64,000 nucleotides of DNA, taken from Eledone cirrhosa (taxonomy: Eukaryota). Each line of letters begins with the position of its first letter. Position 1 is the first letter of the stretch. Of this stretch, positions 42,283 through 55,717 are shown piece by piece. Where the stretch lies: contig OZ024742.1 of assembly GCA_964016885.1 (NCBI GenBank), positions 36,146,001 to 36,210,000 on the forward strand, in the 5' to 3' direction. Under the pieces are notes generated by a model. The model did not search any database. It was not told the origin of the DNA and saw only the letters and a list, made by a program, of their open reading frames with translations. The translations under genes were made by a program, and so were the position numbers.

Positions 42283-42311
42283 AGAATTGCAGCTTTTTGT
42301 GAAACTTTATT

Positions 42312-42399
42312 TCATATTACAATTGTTTCTATATCGATCTGCTCGGGTTTGATCAGGGGATCAAATCCCGACTCTTAATCGACACTTCTTCAGATATGA
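42312..42399 (-). ncRNA. Type I hammerhead with long stem II
   Basis: ucauau CUGAAGA a[gugucgau..ucggg.uuugauc-cccu-gaucaaa-cccga..aucgauau]a GAA-AcaauugU-A auauga. Confidence 0.85.
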
Positions 42400-42870
42400 G
42401 AGTTTACGTGAGTGATTCCTCCAGGGAAGGGATTTGGAAATATTCGGTTTGGTGTCCCAGGGCACGGTTAGCTCACGGGGTGTGAGTGATTCTAGTCCAT
42501 GTCAGGACATCATTCTATAAGAAATAAAACTGATGTAAAACCTGTGATTTGATAATAGCCAATAGTGTTGACTTGTTCTTCATTTTTGAATACCTCCCAC
42601 CATCCTCCAGAGAGCGCAATTAGTCCAGTACAAGGCTTTTTTTTCTTTTTACTTAAAAGGGCTACAAGGATAGGCATCGCTTTCGCATGTGTTGCATGAG
42701 CATGGCTGACCGTAACCGAAAAAATCTACATCTTTTTCTCTGTAGCATATGCAGAAAGGAATGTAAGTCCTTAGTGGGGCTAAAAAGTTATGTTTGTGTC
42801 ACCTAAGTATGAGAAAGGGATCAAGTGATGGCAATTATCGACATCAAAGTAAAAACTCAAGTTAAATAAT

Positions 42871-43121
42871 TGTTTCTACTTTTGGTACAAGACCAGCAAT
42901 TACCCAGTGCATTACTGGTACTTTATTTTATCGACCCTGTAAGGATGAAAGGCAAAGTTAACCTCGGCGGGATTTGAATTCAGAAGGGAAAGGGCCGTAA
43001 CTCTATGCATCAAAGCATGGCGTCCGACCCTCTACCAATACTGCCAATCCACCTAGATATAATGATAATCAAAAACGACAGCACCATTACCACGGATATA
43101 TATTATAAACACACAGACACC
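42871..43121 (-). mobile_element. tRNA-SINE plus ~68 bp of Penelope-derived 5' flank inside one TSD
   Basis: 15-bp TSD ctcaagttaaataat at 42856-42870 and 43122-43136; 43053-43120 matches the reverse complement of ~47265-47332. Confidence 0.8.
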
Positions 43122-43239
43122 CTCAAGTTAAATAATGATATATGCCGCTAATAATTCGAACTCAATGTCCTCAATCAAGAAATGATGATATATTTTGCTT
43201 TATTTGTGTATATATATGTATGTGTGTGTGTGAGAGAGG

Positions 43240-43416
<177 letters not shown>

Positions 43417-43529
43417 TCTGTGTGTCGGACATTTAATTATATATGTATTTTGTTGTCATGCGCTTTCTCGAATTTTGTTTTCATCTTGAAAAAAATTAAC
43501 CCCAGTACACCGTTTGAAACTGTGACTCC

Positions 43530-43599
43530 GAATGGATCAGCAGTACCGTCGGTAGTGGTCGAAACTGTGTACATCCATTTCGACGGCTGAAGACAGCAG
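43530..43599 (+). ncRNA. Candidate non-circularly permuted hammerhead (family R)
   Basis: gaauggau ca gcagU-A ccgucg guagugguc GAA-Acugu guac auccauuu cgacgg CUGAAGA cagcag. Confidence 0.6.
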
Positions 43600-44525
43600 A
43601 TATTTTGAACCTGTTGCCAATTGTACAATATTATCTGTGATGCACACAGCTCTATTCATATATCAAGGCGACAATTCTCCCTTCTTATCACGTGACACTA
43701 TTGTCTTGTTTTTTCGTCTCTGTGTTTTTTTTTCGTGAGTGTATTTTTATTGGCAATTATGAGCCTCCCAAAATATGAGAAAATTTGTTTCAATACACGA
43801 TTTTACATTAAGTATCTTGCAAAGCAAATACAAAAACAATATGTCTTAGAGAACCAGTCCTTTAAGTGTCATTATTTCATTAGATAAATGAATAAATGAA
43901 AAAAGAAATAAATTAAATAAATGAATAAATAAATAAATATCAATAAATTTCATGTCTTCTTGACTGGTGGAATTTAAAGTGCATTTTAAATAACTTTATT
44001 TTTAAATTTTCGTTTACTCATAAAAAAAAAATTCAAAATATCAAAAATGTTCAGTGTCTTCTATATTTTTTTTATGAGTTGTTTAGATTTAGTTACTGTT
44101 ATTTGTACCTATTCATCTTCTTTTTTTTGTTGGAAGAGGGGGGGAGTAAAATAAAGAGTGTTTTATGTAAGGTCAGGTTTAATACGATGTTGATTCATGG
44201 AATATATTTGATGAATGGAGAATAAGGTTGTTTATTAAAGCTAAAGTTTCACAAATGTTTGGGGGCTTGTAAGATTGCGATGGAGAAGAAATTGAGGGCT
44301 TTATATTTATATTTTTATTTTCACCTTATTTGATTATTTACTTTTTTCTGTTTGTTTGTCGTTGTTGCTATTATTATTTTGTTTTTGTTGTGTTTTTGTT
44401 TTTTTGGTGTTTTTTTTTTGTTTTTTGGGGGGAGGGGTGAATTTATTAATACTGTTAGTGTAGAATATTTGTTCTGTGATGTGACACTCGTGTCAAGTGG
44501 TGCTACTGACAGATGTGTATATATG

Positions 44526-44556
<31 letters not shown>

Positions 44557-44735
44557 GTGTGTGTGTATGTGTGTGTGGGGGTGCGCGCGAGCGCGAATAT
44601 ATACATATATATATATATATACATATATATATGAATGTATGTGTTTGTGCGTGTGTATATATGTATATATATATATATATAGATATATATATGCATATAT
44701 AAGTGTGTGTCTGTGTGTGTGTGCGTGTGAGTGTA

Positions 44736-44789
<54 letters not shown>

Positions 44790-45114
44790 TTTGCATGTGT
44801 AAGGTACACACGTTTGTTACATTGAAATATTCCATCAAACAGCACTGAATTCATCCACAAAAAACAGTTGAAACACGTTGGTCACTACCTACACACCCCA
44901 CTAGCCTCACTACCATCTCCACCATCCTTGACACAGCATCAATGGTATTAAGACTAAGACCAACCACACACCGTCAACCCAACTCCTCCCTCTTACGCTA
45001 ACTCACCACCACCATCATCACCAACAGCACCGCCACCCCAACACACCAGTCTCGTGACTTTTGCATCAAATTTCAATGTTTAACATTTTAAGAAAATATT
45101 TAATTTATTCTGTT

Positions 45115-45174
<60 letters not shown>

Positions 45175-45189
45175 TCTCTCTCTCCCTCG

Positions 45190-45242
<53 letters not shown>

Positions 45243-45397
45243 CCTTACTCTCTCTCTCCCACTCTTACTCCCTCTCTCTGAGGCACTCTTTCTCTTACAC
45301 TCTCTCTCTCTTTCTCTGTCTGTCTCTCTCTCTCCTGGTCTCTATCTATTAATTGAACAAAACACACACTTACACACACACACATTCATACACACAA

Positions 45398-45483
<86 letters not shown>

Positions 45484-45514
45484 GCCAAAACAGACAAACG
45501 TACATACACACACA

Positions 45515-45546
<32 letters not shown>

Positions 45547-45561
45547 ATTTTAATATAGATG

Positions 45562-45612
45562 AGATTCTACAGGACTAGAACTGTTTCATTCTTTAGAAAT
45601 CATCAGGAATCT
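45562..45612 (-). ncRNA. Type I hammerhead (H1)
   Basis: agauuc CUGAUGA u[uuc-uaaa-gaa]u GAA-Acag uucuaguc cugU-A gaaucu; stem I shows a compensatory change versus 3258-3308. Confidence 0.8.
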
Positions 45613-45723
45613 GGCTGTCCAAATATATATATATATATAGTTTAATAAATAAACAGAGAACAAAAAACAGAAAAACGAAGAGGCAGTACATATGATATTA
45701 GTATTAGTTTCACGCTTGAGGGT

Positions 45724-45832
<109 letters not shown>

Positions 45833-45999
45833 ATATATAGATAAATATACACGGGTGTGTATGATTGTGTATAGAAGATTGTATTAATAAAAGGAATTCC
45901 AACTTTGTCTGATTTACTCGTTTTATTTACAATCCTTTAAAATTTATAATGGTATTAGAATGAAATAGTATGGTAGAATATTAAATGTTAAGTTTTAAT

Positions 46000-46038
46000 T
46001 GAACAAGTACTTTCATGCTTTCGCAATCTTCAGGTTCA
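46000..46038 (-). ncRNA. Minimal type I hammerhead in the Penelope 3' region
   Basis: ugaac CUGAAGA u[ugc-gaaa-gca]u GAA-AguacU-U guuca, sense to the PLE ORF. Confidence 0.85.
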
Positions 46039-47333
46039 CATTCTGTGGTGACAGTCAAGTTTGCAATTTTCAACTGTAATGAGATGGGTAAATTTTGTGC
46101 CTTATATACATTGAAAAGTGGCTACAGAATGCTAAATCTTGCAAACTGTATTTCGACCAATCGGTGTGTAGTTTCACTGGATTACTAAAGCTGATTGGTT
46201 TAGGCGTCACGGTTGGTTGAGCATGTCTAACGACTACTAATTGATCCTATCCAAAACATCAATTGTTTTGCTATTTTTAGAAATGATGAAAATAGCCTTT
46301 TCTAGTAATCATCACCATCAACATCACTTTTATTAATATTATTGTTGTTGTTGTTAGTGGTCGTAGTCATAGTCATAGTAGGATTAATAACCCATTATTA
46401 TTGTTCATTTAGCTTGGGTTGGAATTTATCAATAACATTTTTTTCTTTGATTTTTCTCTTGATTTCACTTGGGCTGTGTAATTGTAGAATGAAAATATTA
46501 TAAATATTATCTGACCACTTGTTGCTAGATGGATACTCAGGGGTATCTGACGGACATTTGGGTCTCTGATTTGCTGTCGGTGTACCCGTGCACGTTCCGA
46601 TAGTGCATTTCCAGTTTGACCGACATATAGTTCTTCACAATTCGGGCATTTAATGCAGTAAATTAGATTTCTGCTTTTGCAGTTCATATTTGCATTTGGG
46701 AATATTTTTCCAGTTTTTGTTTTCATATATTGACCGGCGTGTATGGATTGACATGTGCCACAGCGACTATCATTGCATTTAGATACAGTGAATGATTGGT
46801 CTTTGTTGTTAAGGTCTTTGCTTTTGTTAGTAATTGCTTCAAATATTTCGACTGTCTTTTACTAAGAGTCAAAGATCGATCTGTGATTAAGCCTTTTAAT
46901 TCATTACTTTGAGCAATGATCGGTAGGTTTGCTTTGGCAGTGTTGAAGATATTCTGGTGACATGGGTTGTGTGTCATTATAAATGGTATGACCAGTTCTT
47001 GGTTTCTTCTTGCTTGGGTTGTCCTTCCTTGGTTTCTTCTTCCTTGGGGTGTCCTTGGGTTGTATTTTTATAGCTCGCTGTATGCCATTTTCTATAAGTA
47101 GAGATGGGTATTTTTGTTTGAGCAAAAATTCTCTTAGTTCTGTTAGGCGTTTGTTCCTGGTATTTTTATCTTCTACAATGGTACAAATTCTTCTGACTAG
47201 GCAGTATGGGATGTTGTGATTTGTATGAGGTGGATGGCACGACTTAAAATTCAGATATTGATGGGTGCCTGTGTGTTTATAATATATATCCGTGGTAATG
47301 GTGCTGTCGTTTTTTATTATCATTATATCTAGG

Positions 47334-47513
47334 TGGATTGGCAGTATTGGTAGAGGGTCGGGCGCCATGCTTTCCAGCATAGTTACGTCCCTTTACGATC
47401 TGAGTTCAAATCCCGCCGAGGTTGACTTTGCCTTTCATCCTTACGGGGTCGATAAAATAAAGTACCAGTAATGCACTGGGATAATTGATGGCCTTGTGCC
47501 AAAAGTAGAAACA
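47334..47513 (+). mobile_element. tRNA-SINE inserted in the Penelope RT
   Basis: 12-bp TSD attatatctagg. Confidence 0.9.
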
Positions 47514-49011
47514 ATTATATCTAGGAATGGTAATTTGGTCCTACTCATCTCTTTTGTGAATTGGAGAGATGGGTGTAGGTTATTCAGGAGGATATTGAAC
47601 TCATCCAGAGTATCTAGAGATTCTGTCCAGATGATGAAACAGTCGTCAAGGTATCTCTTCCAAGATTTTTCAATGTACTTTCTAAAGTCAATACTATATT
47701 TTTCCTCTATTTCTTGGTAGAGTTGTTGTTCTAAGTATCCCATTACAGAGTTCGCGTAAACGGGAGCAAACTTCGTTCCCATCGCTGTGCCTCTAATTTG
47801 GATGTAATTCTTTCCATTGAAGAAGAAAGTGTTGTTTTCCAGAATAAATTTGACTGCGTGTAATATAAATGGCGCTGTGAATCTGATGGGAATCACTTCT
47901 CTATGTTTTTCCACCCAGTATTTAACCGCCTTTATTCCTAAATCATGTGTAATATTGGTGTAAAGGCTTACCACATCAAAACTACGTAGAAGTGAATTCG
48001 TTTCCGTGGTTTTGTGAAGATGGGACAAGAAGTCGATATCATCCCGGATGAAACTTCTATGAAACATAGTGGTTTCAAAATAATGTCAACAAAATTGCTT
48101 AGACGGTGGGTAGGGCATGTTGGACCAGCTATAATAGGTCTAAGTTTTAAGTTTTTTGGGTGTAGTAATTTAATGTACTCACAGTTTTGTTCTTTTACTG
48201 TCAGTTGTATTTCTTTTGACTTATGAACTTTCGGTAGGCCATACAGGTTGCTGGGTTTTGGCTCAAAATTGGTGATGTAGTCTCTTTCCTTATCAGTGAG
48301 TTGTGGTATTTTGAAGCCAGGTTGTTGATCTTCTTCATGATGTTGTGGTCTATATTTGACGGTATTTCATGATAGAATGTTGTGTCTTTCAGTTGTTCCT
48401 CAACCAAATCGTTGTAGTATTCAGCATCTATTATAACAACTGCACCCCCTTTATCTGCTTGTTTAATTATTATTGTTTTATCATTTTTTGTTTTCTTTTT
48501 AATATGATTGAAGCCGATGTTTATATTTGCTACGCAGATGCAATACATCTGGAACTCGTTTGTGCATAGTCGAGTCATCATGCTGGTTTATTAAAAAAAA
48601 AGTTGCTGGTTTATTAAAAAAAAAAAAAAAAAAAAAAAAGGACGCTGTCCATTCAATTTTCAAACATCAGATGACTGACGATTTAAAAAAGGTGCAATTC
48701 AAATGCGTAGGACTGATGGATGAGAAATGATCTAAATATGGCGCATACAGGTGGTTGAAGGGTAGATTTGTAAAGAAACTCCTCGTTGTGGACACCTGAG
48801 CTAAGAGAATTGGTAAATTAAATTACTGATAATAGTATCAAATTTAGATTTAATATTACAGCTTATAACACGTGATGGAGACGTAGGGACACCGTCACTA
48901 CATAAGGCCTGTCCCTTATTTACATATGTATTATATAATAGAATGACATCAATGCAAAACACTTTATCTTCAAGAAAATGTGTGTTCGCACTAGTGTATA
49001 TATATCGGGCA

Positions 49012-49137
49012 TCCACTGATGATTTATAAGTGCCCACCTACATAAATTCCTATAGACTATGTGTAGGCTTCTACATAACCTGGACATTATTTTCCCAATT
49101 TGTAGAAAACTTATAATGAAACGAACGATCGTTTGGA
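49012..49137 (+). ncRNA. Type I hammerhead with branched stem II
   Basis: ucca CUGAUGA u[uuauaagu...acuuauaa]u GAA-Acga-acga-ucgU-U ugga; two internal hairpins (ccuac/guagg, uucuaca/uguagaa). Confidence 0.75.
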
Positions 49138-49287
49138 AATATAAAATAATACACCTGGCAATCCGCAAAATACGTACAGTTAGCACCCCAAACGTATAAT
49201 TGGGATTATACTAAGGTATATCCTAATGTTTGTTGAGTGAGACAGAGGTCGGTCGGAGTATTGCTTAAAGCTTTCTCTGTTAATGTA

Positions 49288-49423
<136 letters not shown>

Positions 49424-49485
49424 TAGATAGATAGATAGATAGATAGATATACACGGGTGTGTATGATTGTGTATAGAAGATTATA

Positions 49486-49548
<63 letters not shown>

Positions 49549-49676
49549 AGAGGGAAGGGAGTATATGTATGTATGTATTCATATAAAGCTCTCTCATTCA
49601 TCAATGATCAAATAAAGGAGGTCGACTAAGGAAAGTGAAGCAACACGTTGGTTGAAGGAAGTTAAAGAGCAAAAGA

Positions 49677-49725
<49 letters not shown>

Positions 49726-50149
49726 AAATATTTATACATATTTGTATAAAGCAATGCTTGAAGCGAAATCTTATTTCTATTCTATCATAAGTTGAGCCAA
49801 CTTATGCAGCTTCATATGTAAATGAGATTAATCACCTCATTTACACAGACGAGAAAACTATATATTCTCGACTCTTTTCAGCAGTCGCAAGCGGTGGGAG
49901 GGACCGTCCTGAGGAAGGCCAGCCAAGCCTGAAATGCATAGACTGTTGTCCCCCTTGTTTCTGCTGGACACCCCGTGGAATGAAAAAGAAAACCCCAGAA
50001 AGGGCGGAGGAACCCAGGAGTGTCAACGACCTACACGAGCATGAAAGTAACCAAGCAAAATGATCTTTTCTTTCCTGGTTATAGAGGAAATTATTACTCT
50101 AAGATCCTGGTAGGAACCTTAAATCAATTCTTAACTATTGGTTATAGTT

Positions 50150-50790
50150 TGATCATATACAGAAATGATTGTCATAACACGATTACCAGTCAGTGGAACG
50201 TGTAGACGCATTATTTTTTGTTGATGCTCTTAAGCTGCTCAGTTGTCAGAACGAATTGCCTCTACGGCAAATTCATCGCCATTTTCCCTCTTTGCTCCCT
50301 TCGGTCTCCCCATTGCACCTTTCTGTCAAATAATCTTCACCACTCAGTCTATTTTCTGGAAGCGCAACCATATCTAACTTATAACATACAAGCTCTCTTG
50401 CAGCCATGGCAGTCCCACGCTCTGAGTTCGCAGAACCTTCACGGTCCAGAAGTGTCCGTATAATCCAAGTAGCCACCTTCATTCTCACTCCTCAAATACC
50501 TTAATTTTTTATTATTTCTCCTGCTTAAACGTACAGCCCTCAACCGCATGATGCTGGCCAGTCCCCAACATGAGCAAGTCATGTTTAGGTCACCTTTTCT
50601 AGACCCTTATAACAATCTGTTTAAACAGAATGTTCCTGAATGGGACTGACCTGACAGATTATTTCTGCTCCAATACAATACAACCATGTTAAGATAAGCA
50701 AATACCACCTAAGTGCTTCCAGCCTGGTAAATCTGCTCACGACTCCAATCTTCCATCGCCGCTGGACTGTTGAATAGAATGTGCTACACA
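50150..50790 (-). pseudogene. Decayed RTE-clade 5' fragment (5' UTR and APE endonuclease N-terminus)
   Basis: MKVATWIIRTLLD...ERGTAMAARELVCYKLDMVALPENRLSGE resembles RTE APE motif I. Confidence 0.75.
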
Positions 50791-51179
50791 TATGACATCC
50801 TCCGAATCAATACAACCGTATACTTCTGACAAGTTTAAACAAGACGACTGAAAATGGTATGGACCACAGATGACTTGCCTTGTGTTAGACACTAAGCTAA
50901 AATGTCAAGATTCCACGGCAAGTAACTTCCTTAAACAGTACACACAATTGGACCACATTAAAAAAAAATAAGGTTTTGATGACTTTCCATCTAATTAATA
51001 AGGACTGGTGGATTGGGAGCCCCTGTGATGGTCTTTGCTCATACAAGCTTCAGAAGAGCAAGATATCCCCACACCACATATATTATATATAAGCAGACGT
51101 ACAAATACACATAACATGAAAAGGTTTAGATGTTTATAAAAAAGTATATGCATATATATATGTGTATGTGTGTGTGTGT

Positions 51180-51250
<71 letters not shown>

Positions 51251-51264
51251 TGTGTGTGTGCGTG

Positions 51265-51329
<65 letters not shown>

Positions 51330-51750
51330 GTAATTCAAAATTCAGTAAGACCAAGGAGTAAAATTATTGTTTATTTACACATCTACAAACGTTTTAATAC
51401 ACCTGGACATTATACATCAATAGTCGAGAAAACCGAAAACTTTCCACTTATTTAACCCCACATAGTCGCTTTACCTTAGGCCGTATCTCTAATTATGTTC
51501 ATAAGTGCATGCTCTTGCTTTTCTGCTTTTGTATGATGAATCCTATGTAATTCTTGCTTTCCTTTTTGATGTTAAACAAATTATTGCTTTTTCTACTTCC
51601 CGAAGCGACTATCTGGAGTTAATTAACTGAAAATAGTTCAGTTTTCTCCTCCACTATTGATGTATAATTTCCGGCTGTATTGAAACGTTTGTAGGTGTGT
51701 AAATAAACAATAATTCTAATCCTTGGTCTTACTGAATATTGAATTATAAA
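51330..51750. repeat. Imperfect inverted repeat, ~140 bp arms
   Basis: 51330-51468 versus 51603-51750. Confidence 0.7.
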
Positions 51751-51849
51751 TGCACTGCTACTACAACTGTTCGTTCCTGAACAACGAAGGGTAAAAGAGG
51801 CATTGAGGTTAAGTTATCTTACTAATGAATTGAACTAACACACTATGAC

Positions 51850-51929
<80 letters not shown>

Positions 51930-51932
<3 letters not shown>

Positions 51933-52854
51933 TAAATTTCTTTAAGTCGTTTGGATGCCTCGACAATGCAGATGGGTAAATCTCCGGGTAACAAGATCCG
52001 GTGGTGGAGAGAGAGATGTAAGTGGGTGTACGTTGAGATGCGTGGCGTAAAGAAGACTGTAGCGTGTAGAAGAATGTAGGAAAGAGCGTAATGGATAAAA
52101 ATAAAAATAATAACACGAGATAGAGTTACCTTGGGAGAGATTTAATTGTCCCTATATATTTCGGATTCACATCCATCAACTGGAGTTTTTTTCCGGGAGG
52201 AGGGGGGGGGGGAGGTTGTCTGTCGGAAAGGTGCGAAACGTGTCCTCCGCTGTTCGTTGTTTTGAATATCTGACGTATTCAGCAGAGCGCGCGTGCGCGT
52301 GAAATGGGGTCGGTCAAGCAGAGGTCGGCGGCCGAAATAGTTCTTTCAATTGTGGGAGTGGGGTGGCTCTAGCTGTCATCCATAGTATTCTCTGCCTGTT
52401 TGGTGAATGTTACTGTGTGTGTGTGTGCGTGTGTTGTTGTCTCGCTTGAGTGTGTGTGTGCGTGTGTTGCTGCATCGTTTTCTTACTTAAACCAACCACC
52501 TCATTTCGCTTCTCTCGGATCGGCTGTTTAATTGTGGCCCTAGGCGTTTGATCCAAAGTGCTTCCTTGATAGGTAATGTGCCGACGTTTCTTTCTGTCGC
52601 TAGAATTGTGACAATGGCCCTTCCGTCTTTGTTTCCGCATTTGGCTATGTGTTTCCGGAAAGACGAGGCCCTGGTGTTAGTGTGCTGCTTGATCCGGATG
52701 TGCAGCGGCCGGATTGTGCTACCTATATAGTATTGGTTGCACTTGTTACATTCTATCTTATACACGACGTATGTGCGTAGGCAACAGTTCGCATGGCGTA
52801 TCGGGAAGTCTCTGAGGGAGCACGCGTCAGTTGATTTCCCGGGTTTCCTGGAGA

Positions 52855-52858
<4 letters not shown>
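51930..52858 (-). mobile_element. Penelope-like 3' fragment (GIY-YIG endonuclease and 3' UTR), second family
   Basis: VVYKIECNKCNQYYIGST..RIKQH..KEALWIK..PQLN (52487-52765); decayed hammerhead ggau-guga-aucc-GAAA-uaua-ua near 52148-52186. Confidence 0.85.
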
Positions 52859-52929
<71 letters not shown>

Positions 52930-52932
<3 letters not shown>

Positions 52933-53870
52933 AAAAATGGAGTGCTGCGTGGTTTCACATGGGTTACATATGAATAAAATTAGTCCTTCATCAGTGATCT
53001 TACAACCGTCATTGGTATTTCATCGCTTTAAAAATCATATACCTCTGGTTGGTGCGAGCAATAACTAAATAAAGTTATTAGAACAAGTAAAATAGGGTGA
53101 AGCGAGCGAGACATGTAAACAAACAAAGATGGTATTGCAACGGAACGATAGGAAGAGACAAGTACATGATATCTTTAAGCTTAAGCTTGGTGAAATCATG
53201 GACGAGAGATACAGACTATCCGACCTGGGTGAGATGTGAGCGAGAAAAGGATTTCATACAGGTCAAACGGGAGGAAGTGAGAGAGGGGGAGAAGCAGAGA
53301 GTGAGTGAGTGGAAGTGTGAGGACGAGGCCAGCTGAGAGAGACTGTGACTGGCAGAGGGGGTAAAAAGAAGGTGAGAGATACAGAGAGAGTGGAAGCAGT
53401 AAGAAAGAAACAGACAATCGCAACTGAGGAAAAAATATAAATATAAGAAAAATGGAGTGCTGCGTGGTTGCACATGGGTTACATATGAATAAAATTAGTC
53501 CTTCATCAGTGATCTTCCAACCTTCACTTGGTATTTCATCGCTTTAAAAATCATATACCTCTGGTTGGTGCGAGCAATAAATAAATAAAGTTATTGGGTC
53601 AAGTAAAATAGGGTGAAGCGAGCGAGACATGTAAACAAACAAAGATGGTATTGCAACCGAAAGATAGGAAGAGACAAGTACATGATATCTATAAGCTTAA
53701 GGTTGGTGAAATCATGGACGAGAGATACAGACTATCCGACCTGAGTGAGATGTGAGCGAGAAAAGGATCTCACACAGGTCAAACGGGAGGAAGTGAGAAA
53801 GGGGGAGAAGCAGAGAGTGAGTGAGTGGAAGTGTGAGGAAGAGGCCAGCTGAGAGAGAGTGTGACTGTCA
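52930..53870 (-). mobile_element. Partial tandem (~515 bp period) of a family Q subfamily
   Basis: Reverse-complement similarity to 32.4-32.8 kb; permuted motifs at 52982-53052 and 53497-53568. Confidence 0.85.
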
Positions 53871-53911
53871 GTTTCGATTTCATCTATTTTCCTTATATAT
53901 ATATATATATA

Positions 53912-54620
53912 ATATAGTAGAATAATCGAGTATCGAAAAATCGGCGCACGAGTTCACGATAAACAAAATTCGACATGAGTGGCAGAGGGCTCAATAATTC
54001 AGGGAATCAGAGCTATAACTATCGTTAAAATACCAACACACATAGATTATGTCTAAAATCAACCATACGACCGAAAAATTACGATCAGGAAGATTCGGGT
54101 CACTCAGATAAAATATCAATAAATCAATAAATCATGTGAATGTAAAAAGCTTACCCGGACCCACTAGAAAGATGGTAAATCTAGCTTCTTGGGTTTCTGT
54201 AAATCCTTAAACCGCCCACTATCAGCCCACATAAAAATATATAAGACTTCTAGAGAGCGGCGGACAGGAAATACTTTATCAACGAGCATTGTCCAGACGA
54301 ATAAAAAAGCCAACCCTAGCTGAAAACGCACATGGAATCCAGCAAGGGAGATAACCTCTATATCCGCGAAAAATATTCGGGAATGTGGAAAATCACATAT
54401 CGAATAAGAGTGCTCAATAGACATGTTAAAATAAACAGGAGCTATTCATCATTTAATAGAATCGACAAAAAATGAACAATAAAATTAACTGGTCAATAGC
54501 TAAGTCTAGAGCTAAATATAGTAGAATAATCGAGTATCGAAAAATCGGCGCACGAGTTCACGATAAACAAAATTCGACATGAGTGGCAGATGGCTCAATA
54601 ATTCAGGGAATCAGAGCTAT
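53912..54620 (-). mobile_element. ~605-nt hammerhead unit with ~105 bp terminal redundancy
   Basis: 53912-54017 is repeated at 54516-54620; flanked by (TA)n. Confidence 0.8.
54152..54288 (-). ncRNA. Large type I hammerhead, U3-A8 core variant
   Basis: ugcucg UUGAUAA a[gua..uccu..ccgcc...ggcgg..agga..uac]a GAA-Accca...cuaga/ucuag-ugggU-C cgggua. Confidence 0.7.
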
Positions 54621-54624
54621 ATAT

Positions 54625-54959
54625 ATATAAGGAAATTAGATCAAATCGAAAATGCAACTGTAGTCTTTTTTTTTTAATATAAATTTATTTGGTTCCTTTA
54701 CCGGTTTCACAGTTTTTCTGCTTTTCAAAAGTAGAATTGAGATGGAGGGTTTGTGGTTGAGAAAAACCACAAACCCTCCATCTCAATTCTATTAAATATT
54801 TTTGAAAAGCAGAAGAACTGCGACACCGATAAAGGTATATATATTTTATATTTAAGACTCCAGTTGCATTTTCGAATTCATCTTTTTTCCTTATACTTTC
54901 ACTCGTGTAGGACACCTCGGTTTTTTTCATTTTGTATTAAAATTCCTCACTTTCTGATA

Positions 54960-55037
<78 letters not shown>

Positions 55038-55325
55038 GTGAGGTTTTTTTACAAAATAAAAAATAAACCGAGGTGTCCTACACGAGTGAAAGTATAAAAA
55101 AAAAAGATGAAATCGAAAATGTAACTGGAGTCTTATTTTTCCCATATAAAACAAGTAACATTCAAAGACCAACCAGATGAGAGAAAAACCACAGACCCTC
55201 CATCTCAACTCTACTTTTGAAAAGCAGAAGAACTGCGAAACCGGTAAAGGAGCCAAATAAATATATATATCTTTTAAAAATAAGACTGCAGTTGCATTTT
55301 CGATTTCATCTTTTTTTCTTTATAT
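54625..55325. mobile_element. Nested inverted-repeat element with three copies of a minimal U3-A8 hammerhead
   Basis: Copies at 54693-54734 (-), ~54795-54838 (+, mutated) and 55211-55252 (+). Confidence 0.75.
55211..55252 (+). ncRNA. Minimal type I hammerhead, U3-A8 core variant
   Basis: cuacuu UUGAAAA [gcag-aagaa-cugc] GAA-AccggU-A aaggag. Confidence 0.75.
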
Positions 55326-55326
55326 T

Positions 55327-55370
<44 letters not shown>

Positions 55371-55505
55371 CAAAAGGGATATTCAATTTGTTGGTAATTC
55401 AACAAATATAAATGTTTATAACTGATTCAGAGCACTCGACAAGTTTTCTGAGTATAATATTCAATGATAATAAATAAATGGAAACTATATTTATAAAACC
55501 ATATT

Positions 55506-55566
55506 TATTCTATTATATATATTTCAAGGGTACCAAAACTTTGGTACGCTTCCATCAGATAAAATA
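55506..55566 (-). ncRNA. Type I hammerhead (H2, A9G, probably inactive)
   Basis: uauuuuau CUGAUGG aagcguaccaaa..uugguacccuu GAA-AuauauaU-A auagaaua. Confidence 0.6.
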
Positions 55567-55675
55567 CAAAGTTTGTTTTATAAATATTGACATAACCAAG
55601 AAAAGATACCTTAACGGTTCAAGTTTTTCTTGATATCCATGTTACTTACTTCTTTTCGTCGAAAGAAGGGAGAGA

Positions 55676-55717
55676 AACTGACGGTCTGTTTCACGCTGGT
55701 TGGCGTTCATCAGAGCC
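55676..55717 (-). ncRNA. Minimal type I hammerhead
   Basis: ggcu CUGAUGA [acgc-caacca-gcgu] GAA-AcagaccgU-C aguu. Confidence 0.65.

Larger units (their letters stand above)
45890..48495 (-). mobile_element. Penelope-like retroelement (RT + GIY-YIG), 5'-truncated and frameshifted
   Basis: IIKQADKGGAVV, FDVVSLYTNI, GTAMGTKFAPVYAN, WKRYLDDCF, YLNFKSCHP, NLIYCIKCPNCEELYVGQTG; SINE insertion at 47334-47513. Confidence 0.92.

Noticed and set aside
48500-48790. AIHLELV peptide reminiscent of a BEL/Pao integrase
   Set aside because: One short motif in degraded sequence; needs a profile search.
51645-51700. ttgatgt...gaaacgtt in the inverted repeat arms
   Set aside because: Core deviates at two positions in both arms and stem I is poor.
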